A stretch of 42,683 bases of DNA from Candidatus Saccharimonadia bacterium (GCA_023268595.1 JALQUD010000003.1:1-42683), one strand, 5' to 3'; counted from the stretch's first letter, positions 8,136 through 16,945 are shown. Notes: generated from the letters alone by a model not told the origin. Numbers and translations are program-made.

Positions 8136-8630
8136 ATGAACATACCGGCTGAACACGGGACGCAAACACCAAACCTGACCGTGTTTGAACGCGTAGTACA
8201 GAACGCTCCGGAAGAACACCTGTACCTTTCGGAGAGGCACAAAGTACTGATGGCAGTGGATCCATTCGCCAAGTTGCCGTTACAGTCGGTCATAGCTCCA
8301 ACCAAAGGCACCCCAGGCCAAGAGTCGCATTTTGACGAGCTACCGTTTAGGGCGCAGCTCAAACTTCACACGGCATCATCATACCTTGGCAAGAAAATGC
8401 TGGAGCTATGTGAACCGGGTGAGCGGGTCATCAAACATATTGAAGGATTTGCCGTTTCGGACCATCCGCACATCGTTACATATGTAGCTGAGCGGGGCCA
8501 GGGTAGAGATCTGTACGATGGCTCATTCATTGGTGCCGCGGCAGTAGCCTTAGCGACCGAACAGCTCCGGCTGGATGAACATGAAGTGGACGAGCTTGAT
8601 GAGATTCTGACTCGGATAGATAAACTCTAG
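8136..8630 (+). CDS. HIT-like (histidine triad superfamily) protein with incomplete triad
   Basis: The overall pattern and the ..GFAVSDHPHIVTYV.. segment match x-x-H-x-H-x-x with the first His missing. No Shine-Dalgarno. The ATG is 6 nt downstream of a near-consensus promoter. Confidence 0.55.
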   Translation: MNIPAEHGTQTPNLTVFERVVQNAPEEHLYLSERHKVLMAVDPFAKLPLQSVIAPTKGTPGQESHFDELPFRAQLKLHTASSYLGKKMLELCEPGERVIKHIEGFAVSDHPHIVTYVAERGQGRDLYDGSFIGAAAVALATEQLRLDEHEVDELDEILTRIDKL

Positions 8631-8651
8631 AGAAAGGAAAGGCATTAGACC

Positions 8652-9188
8652 GTGAGATATGTAGCACTGCTGCGTGGTATCAATGTCGGTGGCAATAACA
8701 AGGTGTCGATGGCGCAGCTGAAGGGCACCCTTGCCGCCGACGGTCTGGACGATGTCTCGACCTACATCAACAGTGGCAATATCTTCTTCGGTTCCGAGCG
8801 TTCAGCTGCAGAGGTCGAACGGGTGGTTCATGATGCCATCAGCAGGGAGTTCGGGCTGGATATAAAGGTACTGATAAAGGATCTGCCAGCCATACGCTCG
8901 ATAGCTGCCGCGATTCCGGATGAGTGGCGCAATGACGCTGACATGAAGTGCGATATCATGTACCTATGGGACAGCCACGCCTCACCGGATATCGTAGACA
9001 GCTTGCCGGTACGTGAAGGCATCGACGAAGTACGTTATACGACGGGAGCCATCATCTGGAAAGTAGATAAGGCCGTGGCCACGCGCAGCGGCCTTGGAAA
9101 GCTGGTCGGTACCGATCTGTACGCTCACATGACCGTTCGCAACGCCAATACGGCCCGCGTCCTGTTGCAGCGCCTGGAAATGCCATAG
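8652..9188 (+). CDS. DUF1697 domain protein
   Basis: GTG start preceded by GAAAGGAAAGG. The N-terminus (M)RYVALLRGINVGGNNKVSMAQLK is the signature start of DUF1697 proteins. Confidence 0.85.
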   Translation: MRYVALLRGINVGGNNKVSMAQLKGTLAADGLDDVSTYINSGNIFFGSERSAAEVERVVHDAISREFGLDIKVLIKDLPAIRSIAAAIPDEWRNDADMKCDIMYLWDSHASPDIVDSLPVREGIDEVRYTTGAIIWKVDKAVATRSGLGKLVGTDLYAHMTVRNANTARVLLQRLEMP

Positions 9189-9250
9189 TTCACATTGACA
9201 AAACCTGCCATACCGGTAATGCTTAGACTTAGGAGATATTACGACTAAGC

Positions 9251-10885
9251 ATGTTTTTTCTACACAAAGACAAACCCAAAGATGACAACCAGCAGGATCA
9301 AAAATCCGCTCCTGCCACCGCGCCCGTCGTAGAACCGGCGGACAGCAACCAGAACCAAGCTACACCGGCAGACAACCCGACCGCAGAAGGACAGGTTCCA
9401 GATGTCGACCTGCTGGAACGGCAGGTCCATGCACTCGCGAACGGCCATCCGGTACCGGAAGCCCCCACGCCGCCTTCGATGGTCGAAGATCATGAAGCCG
9501 ACGCATCAGAACCAATCAAAGACTCATCCCCGGAATCATCGGATATACCGATCATACCCGCCGCACCGGCCTCCGACCCGCAGCACATTGACGGCATGGA
9601 ATATGAACCAGTGATGATCACGCCTGACAGCACCGACCAGCCGGAGCCTCAGCAATCAGAATTACCGGTCATAACATTACCAGCAACGGCCGAGGAATCA
9701 GACGGACCCGTGACGCAGCCGACACCGGCTGAACCGACGACGACAGCGGCCACGGACGAGCCGGTTACGGCCGCACCGCCCGCGGAAGAACCAGCCAAGG
9801 CACCAACTGACGTCCCGGCCATCACTGCCGAATCGACTGTCGCGCAGTGGTTGGACCACCCGGTAGGCGGAGTCATCTTCCGGGACATGCTCAAGCAGGC
9901 CGGTCAGAATGAAAGTGTCGTCAAGATCGTCAGGCACATGCAGATGCAGCGGCTGGTCTCTATGAGCGGCGGCCGCTTTACCCAGGACATGCTCGATGAC
10001 ATGGTCCGCCAGGCTAACGATGGCCAATCCGTAGCCGAGAATATTGAAGGACAACCGGAACCCGCGCCTCACATTCAGGCAGTGGCACCCATAGCCCAGC
10101 CAGCGCCATCAGCAGGGGAGCAAGCCTGGCAGGAACGGCCCACGGTCGGCCGGTTCGACGGCAAGACCATCATCGTGACTGGCGCCGGTTCAGGTATCGG
10201 CAAGGCAGTGGCCAGCCGCATCGTCCGTGAGGGTGGCCAGGTGATTGCCGTCGACATTTCAGAGGAGCGTTTGACCGAGCTGCAGAACGAACTGCCTGGC
10301 TCGTCCGTCAAGACCGTCGCCGGTGACATCACCAGTGAAGGCACCATCGCTACCATCATCAATACGACCGGTGATGCGGTCCATGGCTTGGCCAACGTAG
10401 CCGGCGTCATGGATAATATGACACCGCTGCACGAGATGTCGGATGAGATCTGGAACAAGGTCATGAACGTCAATCTGAACGGTATGATGAAGCTCAGCCG
10501 GGCCGTGTTACCGCTGATGCTCGCCAGCCATAACGGCACCATCGTCAATGTCGGTTCCGAAGCCAGCCTTAAGGCATCGATGGCAGGCACGGCTTACACC
10601 GTTTCCAAACACGCCGTGGTGGGCCTGACCAAGAGCATGGCCTTCATGTACGGCCCAAGCGGCATCCGCACCAACATGGTGGCGCCCGGTGCCGTCATGA
10701 CGAACATTGAAGCATCATTCGCCTCCGACCTTGGTGCTGAGCGAGTCAACAGCATCCTGACGACCATGCCGGCGCCAGCCGAAGCCAGCCACCTGGCAGC
10801 CTCGATCTGCTTCCTGCTAAGTGACGACTCGGTCAATATCAACGGCGCGGTACTTCCGTCCGATGGCGGCTGGTCAGTACAGTAG
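9251..10885 (+). CDS. SDR oxidoreductase with long disordered Pro/Ala/Glu/Thr-rich N-terminal extension and a small helical middle domain
   Basis: The C-terminal ~250 aa carry GKTIIVTGAGSGIGKAVA, a NVAG-type segment and YTVSKHAV (YxxxK). Residues ~1-190 are low complexity. Residues ~195-255 (AQWLDHPVGGVIFRDMLKQAG...MLDDMVRQAN) look like a discrete helical module. Confidence 0.85.
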   Translation: MFFLHKDKPKDDNQQDQKSAPATAPVVEPADSNQNQATPADNPTAEGQVPDVDLLERQVHALANGHPVPEAPTPPSMVEDHEADASEPIKDSSPESSDIPIIPAAPASDPQHIDGMEYEPVMITPDSTDQPEPQQSELPVITLPATAEESDGPVTQPTPAEPTTTAATDEPVTAAPPAEEPAKAPTDVPAITAESTVAQWLDHPVGGVIFRDMLKQAGQNESVVKIVRHMQMQRLVSMSGGRFTQDMLDDMVRQANDGQSVAENIEGQPEPAPHIQAVAPIAQPAPSAGEQAWQERPTVGRFDGKTIIVTGAGSGIGKAVASRIVREGGQVIAVDISEERLTELQNELPGSSVKTVAGDITSEGTIATIINTTGDAVHGLANVAGVMDNMTPLHEMSDEIWNKVMNVNLNGMMKLSRAVLPLMLASHNGTIVNVGSEASLKASMAGTAYTVSKHAVVGLTKSMAFMYGPSGIRTNMVAPGAVMTNIEASFASDLGAERVNSILTTMPAPAEASHLAASICFLLSDDSVNINGAVLPSDGGWSVQ

Positions 10886-10921
10886 CCGATTCAGCGCTGA
10901 TGATGCGCAGAGTTCACGATA

Positions 10922-10953
10922 GAAAAGCCGGACAGATATCTGTCCGGCTTTTC
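10922..10953. terminator. Bidirectional intrinsic terminator (perfect 32-nt palindrome)
   Basis: GAAAAGCCGGACAGAT/ATCTGTCCGGCTTTTC lies between convergent genes. The arms contain A/T runs, so each strand reads as stem plus U-tract. Confidence 0.8.
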
Positions 10954-10973
10954 ATTTTACCGAGCCAACCGGA

Positions 10974-12134
10974 TCAGCGACGCGGCGGCAGGGTAATCAG
11001 GAACGTCGAACCCTTGCCCGGTGTCGAGGAAACCTGAATCGTGCCATCGTGCAATTCCACCACCTGGTTGGCCCAATAGAGGCCCAGGCCGCTGCCACCG
11101 ACCTCAACCGACAAAGGATTGGCGATGCGCGAGAACTTCTTGAATAGCTTGTCCATGTCTTCGGCAGCGATGCCGACGCCTTCATCACGGACCTCGATGG
11201 TCGTCGAACCGCCCGAGTAGCCTTCGAGCGTCAAGTGGATAGCACCGCCTGGTGGCGTGTACTTGCTGGCGTTCTCGATGATATTGCCGAGCGCCATCGT
11301 GAAATACTCGCTGTCGATATCGGCGTGGATACTGTAGTCAGGCCGGTTATAGTGGACGGTCTGGGAGCGTTCATCGAAAGCAGGGCGCACATCTTTGAGC
11401 ACATCCTGGACCACGTCATGCAGATTCTTGGAAGCCGGCTTGATGACGACTTTATCCAGATCGAGCTGGGCGACACGCAGGATATCATTGACGACCGCCA
11501 GCTGCCGCTCATTACTCTCATACGCGGTGGTCAGCATTTCCATCTGGCCCTTGCTCAATGGTCCGACATAGCCATCCATCAGCATGCCGATATACTGCTT
11601 GACGGCCGTGGCCGGCGTGCGCAGCTGGTGGCTGGCCAGGGCGATGAATTCATCCTTGGAGCGGCCGATTTCCCGTAGCTGTTCAATGCGTTGGGCTTCC
11701 ATGGCCTTGCGCTGTATCGAGTATCTGATGACGCGCGACAGCAATTCGGCGTCAAACGAGCCTTTCACGAGGTAATCCGAAACTCCCAGGTCCATGGCCT
11801 GACGTTCCAAGCCTTCATCGCCGGCTCCGGTCATGATGATGAACGGCTCCACGCGGTCGAACAGGTTGAATTTGCCAAGCAGGTCAAGACCCGTCTCCGC
11901 GCCTAGCCGGTAATCGACCAGATATGCCTGATAACCGCCTTCGGTTATCAGCTGTTCAGCCTTGGCTACGTCAGGTTCCCAGGTTATCTGGAACGGATTG
12001 CCGTGGATTTTACGCGCAATGCGCTCAAGAATGATGAAGTCTTCTTCGTCATCGTCTACCAGCAATACCGGTATGCGGTCCGGGTCGTCCGTCAGGCCCT
12101 CAGGATTTCGCACCGTTTCCACCATGCCCAGCAT
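10974..12134 (-). CDS. Hybrid receiver-histidine kinase (REC + HisKA + HATPase_c), cytoplasmic
   Basis: REC: IPVLLVDDDEEDF.., ..AYLVDYRLG.., ..FIIMTGAG. H-box ASHQLRTPATAV. N-box NIIENASKY. G-boxes VRDEGVGI and GSGLGLYWA. The start is ambiguous (ATG at 12179, 12134 or 12125, or GTG at 12113), and every option overlaps the upstream receiver gene. Confidence 0.88.
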   Translation of the reverse strand: MLGMVETVRNPEGLTDDPDRIPVLLVDDDEEDFIILERIARKIHGNPFQITWEPDVAKAEQLITEGGYQAYLVDYRLGAETGLDLLGKFNLFDRVEPFIIMTGAGDEGLERQAMDLGVSDYLVKGSFDAELLSRVIRYSIQRKAMEAQRIEQLREIGRSKDEFIALASHQLRTPATAVKQYIGMLMDGYVGPLSKGQMEMLTTAYESNERQLAVVNDILRVAQLDLDKVVIKPASKNLHDVVQDVLKDVRPAFDERSQTVHYNRPDYSIHADIDSEYFTMALGNIIENASKYTPPGGAIHLTLEGYSGGSTTIEVRDEGVGIAAEDMDKLFKKFSRIANPLSVEVGGSGLGLYWANQVVELHDGTIQVSSTPGKGSTFLITLPPRR

Positions 12135-12585
12135 CCCCTCCCGAAGGCAACTCGACGATTTCGAACCAGTACCGTCCAAGCGCCTGCATGACCTGGATCA
12201 GGTTGTCGAAGGTAACCGGCTTGGTGATGAATGAGTTGACGCCCAGCTTATATGATTTGTAAATATCTTCCTCGGCCTTGGAAGTAGTAAAGACGACGAC
12301 TGGTATGTCACGCAGCTCAGGGTCATCTTTGATCTCGCGTAGGGCCTCACGGCCGTCTTTTCGTGGCATGTTCAGGTCCAGCAGGATTACGCCAGGCCGG
12401 TCTTTGATATCACGGTCGGTATAGTCGCCGCCACAGCGCAGGTACTCGAGCAATTCTTCGCCATCCTTAACGCGGACCAAGTTGTTCAATAGCTTGCTTT
12501 GGGCCAGGGCTTTCTTAGCTAGCAGAAAGTCATCGTCATCGTCATCGGCCATCAGGATGGTTATACGGGATTTGTCGGTTGTCAT
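12100..12585 (-). CDS. Stand-alone response-regulator receiver protein (Rcp1-like, no output domain)
   Basis: ILMADDDDDDFLL.., ..VILLDLNMPRKDG.., ..VVVFTTS.., ..KP...F. The ATG overlaps the kinase stop (ATGA). Confidence 0.9.
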   Translation of the reverse strand: MTTDKSRITILMADDDDDDFLLAKKALAQSKLLNNLVRVKDGEELLEYLRCGGDYTDRDIKDRPGVILLDLNMPRKDGREALREIKDDPELRDIPVVVFTTSKAEEDIYKSYKLGVNSFITKPVTFDNLIQVMQALGRYWFEIVELPSGGDAGHGGNGAKS

Positions 12586-14276
12586 AAGGTGGGCTCTTTC
12601 TGAGTGTTGCCAGCCTTCGGGCCGGCTACATCTTGAGCCGGCTTGGTGATGACTGCTGCGCAGGGCAGGTTGATGGTGAATACCGAGCCCTCTCCAGGCC
12701 GGCTGTCCGCCGTGATGGTTCCTCCATGGCGTTCTATAATCTTACGGCATACTGCCAGTCCTATGCCAGTACCCTCATAATCATTCTTGTCATGCAAGCG
12801 CTGGAACACGGCGAATATGCGGTCCAGATATTTGGTGTCGAAGCCGACACCGTTGTCGCGTACCCGTATGCTGACGTATGGCCGGTCGTCCAACGTGCAG
12901 TCTGTCGCCGTTATGGTAACGACCGGTGCGATGCCTTTACGATGAAATTTGAGGGCGTTGCCCAACAGATTCTGGAACAGTTGCCGCATCTGCAGCGGGT
13001 CGGCTTCGATGACCGGCAATTCACCGATGTCGACCGTGCCACCGGTCTCGGCGATGCGGGCTTCCAAGTCGGTCGCCACATCGCGGGCTATGACCGTCAG
13101 TTCGACCGGCACGAATGGCTGGGTCTTGGTCGACACACGACTGAAGGCCAGCAGGTCCGAGATCAGCGTGCTCATGCGGGCTGCGGCGCTCTGCATCCGA
13201 TGCAGGTAATCCTTGCCGTCGCCCAATTGCGAAGCATGTTCCTGCTCCAGCAGGTTACCGAAGGCCTGGATTTTACGCAGCGGCTCCTGCAAGTCGTGGC
13301 TGGCCACGTATGCGAAATCCTGTAGCTCCCGGTTACTACGGTTGAGCTCTTCGTTGAGGGCGGTCAGTTTGCGCGTACGCTCCTTGACGCGGTGTTCCAG
13401 GCGATCCTTCATGTCGCGTAGCTCCTGCTCGGCGATCTTGCGCTCACTGATGTCGACGACCACGCCAGGGAAGCGCAGCGGCTTGCCATCCTCATCAGTC
13501 TCAACCCGGCCGCGGGCGATGACCCACCGGACCGTGCCATCACGGCTAACGGTGCGGTATTCTTCCTCGAACGATGCCGCATCGCGTACCGTCTGTGCTA
13601 TCTTGGCGGTCACACGTTCACGGTCACCCTCATGGATGGAAGTAGTGAACACTTCGAGTGGCAATCCGTCCTTGGCCTCGGCTTCGTCGACACCGAACAT
13701 CCGTAACAGGTTGGAATCGGCCACCAGGTTATCTTCTGATATAGTCCAGAGCCAGGTTCCAATCAGACCGACTGCCAAAGCTTCCTGGAGCTGGCGCTGC
13801 GTCTGATCGAGCTTGCGGCTGGTCACGACCTCTTCGGTCACATTGACAGTCGATTGTAGGATGTACAGTAGTGAACCGTCACCATCAAAGATCGGGTAGT
13901 GCGTGGCACGCCAATAGCGCTGCTCCAGCTTACCGTCGGGACCTTTCAGGTCGTAGCGCAGATCCTTCATGGAATCGGCCTTGCCAGTCTTGACGACCCG
14001 ACGCAAGGACTCGATGACATCGCTGACGCCAGTAGCCTTGAACTTCGGTGAACTGTCGGGATAGGCCGTCAGGAAGGGCTTACCGACGACCTGGTTGAGC
14101 GGCAGCATGGCCACGTCGGCATGGGCCTGGTTCTCGGCCAGGATAGTAAAATCGGGGTCATCGCCGGCTATCAGCATGACCGCACCCGGCAGCGTATTGA
14201 ACAACTGCTCGTAATTCACTTGGCCCCGTATAGTACATGTCTTACGGGAAGGATTGACACGATTCTTTTCAGACAT
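12582..14276 (-). CDS. PAS-domain sensor histidine kinase (cytoplasmic)
   Basis: At least two PAS modules (..WLWTISEDNLVADSNLLRMFG.. / ..EEEYRTVSRDGTVRWVIARG..), a coiled linker, H-box ASHDLQEPLRKI, NLLGNALKF, VRDNGVGF and GTGIGLAVC. The first ATG is at 14276, with TATACT 6 nt upstream. The track ORF extends to a GTG at 14345. Confidence 0.88.
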   Translation of the reverse strand: MSEKNRVNPSRKTCTIRGQVNYEQLFNTLPGAVMLIAGDDPDFTILAENQAHADVAMLPLNQVVGKPFLTAYPDSSPKFKATGVSDVIESLRRVVKTGKADSMKDLRYDLKGPDGKLEQRYWRATHYPIFDGDGSLLYILQSTVNVTEEVVTSRKLDQTQRQLQEALAVGLIGTWLWTISEDNLVADSNLLRMFGVDEAEAKDGLPLEVFTTSIHEGDRERVTAKIAQTVRDAASFEEEYRTVSRDGTVRWVIARGRVETDEDGKPLRFPGVVVDISERKIAEQELRDMKDRLEHRVKERTRKLTALNEELNRSNRELQDFAYVASHDLQEPLRKIQAFGNLLEQEHASQLGDGKDYLHRMQSAAARMSTLISDLLAFSRVSTKTQPFVPVELTVIARDVATDLEARIAETGGTVDIGELPVIEADPLQMRQLFQNLLGNALKFHRKGIAPVVTITATDCTLDDRPYVSIRVRDNGVGFDTKYLDRIFAVFQRLHDKNDYEGTGIGLAVCRKIIERHGGTITADSRPGEGSVFTINLPCAAVITKPAQDVAGPKAGNTQKEPTL

Positions 14277-14363
14277 GCTGTCAGTATACGCCAGCCTGGC
14301 CGCCAGACCTGTAAGAAAAGCCACAGACGAGCGACCGGGAAGCACAGTCTTTCACGCGGCCCA

Positions 14364-15941
14364 TTAGTAGATTTCTTCCTGACGGTCGCGGATGAATTTG
14401 ATCCACTGTCTGGCCAACTTAAGTGATGATTTCAATGGCAGCTCAATGCCCAAATCCAGCAAGCGGGCCACCACGTTCACCTGGGCGTATTTGGACGAGA
14501 CCCAACGGCCGATCATGATGAACGGCAGATAAAAGAAGTCGCTGGCGGCCGTCAGCAGGCCGGTGTCGTTTGACACCAGCTCCAGGTCGCGCACCATACG
14601 GCTCAGCCGGAAGCCCAGGAAGCTGGCGGTCGACAGGAACATCAGGAAGATAATGGCCTGTACGAATGAGAAGTCCAGCAGATACAAGGCCGTCGAAGCC
14701 ACGGCCAATGGCACCAGAAAGACTATCGCATAACCGATGCGGGCAGCTGTGCCCATGCGTCTGGGTAGCGCCCGGATCGCGCCCGCCACCGGCGGTTCGT
14801 TAGTGAACAAGGCGCGCTCCATGTAAGCCCGCACGGCTTCGGCGTTGGCTAACGTAGGATGGCTCAGGCTCAGTTTGAGGCTGGCCATGTAAAGCGGCGG
14901 CACCAACAGATTGACTAGCAACGGCACGACAGCCACCGACCCGAATACCAGCAGGTCGTAGGGGATTTCCACCACCAGGCCGATCAGCATCTTGGTCACG
15001 AAGATGAAGATGATGCTTTTGAGCAGTCCGGCGTCCAGCCGCTTACCAAGGTCGGCATACACGCGCGCCAGGTGCAGCATGTACTCATCCATGAAGAGCT
15101 TGCGGTCCTTCAGCAGCTCCGGCAGGTCGTCACGCACAGCCGCCATGCTATTGAGCACGCGCAGCGGTGCACCGTAGCGGCTGACCACCCGCTCCAGGTT
15201 GCGCGTCAGATCAGACCACAACAGGCGGTCAATCTTTTTATTGAACGCCACATAGGCCGACAGGTCCTGCGGCCCTTGGCGGTACAAGCGCAGCAGGTCG
15301 GAGCGCACGAGCGCCCGGTCAGACTTGAGCAGGGTATGGTGGACGGCGATGTACAGACAGATATCATAGTCGGCCTTCTCGTCAGAGTCTTCAGAGCGCA
15401 GGAACTTCTGCTTTGGCAACAGCTTGGAATAGTGGCTGTAGCCAACGTACGCCAGGGCGGTCAGATGGCTGTGCGGGTTAAGCGCTTCCTCGGCGTAGAC
15501 CGAAACGACGTCGAGCAGCCATTCGCCAACATCGTCACGGCCAGCTCCCGCCTCCCGCATCTGCCAATAGGCCGTAGTGTACGTGCGGGCCAGCGTGGTG
15601 ATGCGGTCGGCGACGGCCGAGCTATACAGGTCGTTAGCAAAGTATCCCGCCTGCGTCAGCTCGATGATCAGCTCCTCGCCAAAATTATCCTGGATGTCGC
15701 GCTTGGTTGCCATGGGCAGGTTACGGCCACAGAACCGTCTGACAGCATGCTGCAGGACCAGATGGTCTTCGGTATACTCGGCGGCATTACGCAGCTGTTC
15801 GTAGGCGCTACTGAGTGAACTGCCGATGCCGGGCACATGGATGACCGTGCCTTTATCGCGGATGACACGTTCGGACTTGGTATGCGCACGGGCGGCACGC
15901 AACTGCTCTTGAAGCAGACCGGCAAGATGTTGGTTTGTCAT
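14364..15941 (-). CDS. Hypothetical multi-pass membrane protein (soluble N-terminal ~300 aa plus 4-5 TM helices)
   Basis: 525-aa ORF and first gene of the kinase operon. Hydrophobic helices include IIFIFVTKMLIGLVVEI, VAVVPLLVNLLVPPLYMA, IGYAIVFLVPLAVASTALYLL and AIIFLMFLSTASFLGF. No domain recognised with confidence. Confidence 0.7.
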   Translation of the reverse strand: MTNQHLAGLLQEQLRAARAHTKSERVIRDKGTVIHVPGIGSSLSSAYEQLRNAAEYTEDHLVLQHAVRRFCGRNLPMATKRDIQDNFGEELIIELTQAGYFANDLYSSAVADRITTLARTYTTAYWQMREAGAGRDDVGEWLLDVVSVYAEEALNPHSHLTALAYVGYSHYSKLLPKQKFLRSEDSDEKADYDICLYIAVHHTLLKSDRALVRSDLLRLYRQGPQDLSAYVAFNKKIDRLLWSDLTRNLERVVSRYGAPLRVLNSMAAVRDDLPELLKDRKLFMDEYMLHLARVYADLGKRLDAGLLKSIIFIFVTKMLIGLVVEIPYDLLVFGSVAVVPLLVNLLVPPLYMASLKLSLSHPTLANAEAVRAYMERALFTNEPPVAGAIRALPRRMGTAARIGYAIVFLVPLAVASTALYLLDFSFVQAIIFLMFLSTASFLGFRLSRMVRDLELVSNDTGLLTAASDFFYLPFIMIGRWVSSKYAQVNVVARLLDLGIELPLKSSLKLARQWIKFIRDRQEEIY

Positions 15942-15999
15942 TGCGGATATATCTTATATTATATACCTTTTTATACAGATGTAACGGATGTCGGCGACC

Positions 16000-16929
16000 T
16001 TAATGCCACATGTCGGCAAGCAATCCGTCCAGCTCGCCCGTCTGCTTCCGTAATGCCGCCGCCACATGCTCAAGCACTATGCTGACACCACTATGCAACT
16101 GACGATAGACGATGGCTATCGGACGATGCGCATATCCGTCGCGGCCCACAGGGTGGACAACGAGGGAGTGGTCCCGTAAGCCGTCCTTGACCATAGGGTA
16201 GGGCAACGTGGCGTGGCCCCGGCCTAAGCGGACCAGCCGCAGCATGGTCTGCGGACTGGTAGAGAACATTTCCGGCTCGAACGGCAACAGACTGGCTTGG
16301 TCATAGGCGTCACGTACGATACCGAAGGTGACCGAATCGCGGTGGTAGGCTATCAGTCGCCGGTCCCCGCCCAGGAAGCCGTCTGACCGGCTGACATCCA
16401 CCAGAGCTTCATCTCCGACCATCCGCTGATGTATCGACCGGGGCAGCTCCGCTTCCGGCCGGAAGACCGTGATAGCGAAGTCCAATTCCAACCGGTCGAC
16501 CGCCGCCAGCAACGAACGCGAGTCATTCACCGTCATCGACAACTCATAGGTACGGTCAAGCAAGCCGAACAATGTGGCGTCGTCGCAGATCATATCGGCC
16601 ATGCTGTCGATGGCTCCTATCCGCAACAGGCTGCGCTGCCCGGAAGCCACGGCAAGCTGTTGCCGGAATTCCTGGTCACCACGGAGGCGGTCGCAGGCAT
16701 ACTGGTACGTGGCCTGGCCGGCGGCCGTCACCTCGAAGCGGTTCTGGGCGCGTATCAGCAATATGGCTCCCAGCTGTTTTTCGAGTTTGGACAACGATAC
16801 CGACAACGCTGGCTGCGATAACCTCAGTTGCCGCGAGGCGACCGTGAAGCTGCGTTGCTCGACCAAAACCTTGAAGTGCCGTAGGCGATCATCCATGCTT
16901 GCTTGCGTCCTTTCTGGCCGGTAAGCCAT
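16000..16929 (-). CDS. LysR family transcriptional regulator
   Basis: N-terminal wHTH LRHFKVLVEQRSFTVASRQLRLSQPALSVSLSKLEKQLG followed by a substrate-binding domain. An alternative start at the internal Met (16896) is possible. Confidence 0.9.
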   Translation of the reverse strand: MAYRPERTQASMDDRLRHFKVLVEQRSFTVASRQLRLSQPALSVSLSKLEKQLGAILLIRAQNRFEVTAAGQATYQYACDRLRGDQEFRQQLAVASGQRSLLRIGAIDSMADMICDDATLFGLLDRTYELSMTVNDSRSLLAAVDRLELDFAITVFRPEAELPRSIHQRMVGDEALVDVSRSDGFLGGDRRLIAYHRDSVTFGIVRDAYDQASLLPFEPEMFSTSPQTMLRLVRLGRGHATLPYPMVKDGLRDHSLVVHPVGRDGYAHRPIAIVYRQLHSGVSIVLEHVAAALRKQTGELDGLLADMWH

Positions 16930-16945
16930 AACCCTAACTATCGCT

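Noticed and set aside
9300-9850. An apparently repetitive region that might have been a DNA-level tandem repeat or array.
   Set aside because: The repetition is compositional (Pro/Ala/Thr/Glu codons) within an open reading frame. I could find no exact repeated DNA unit, and nothing resembling CRISPR repeats or spacers anywhere in the window.
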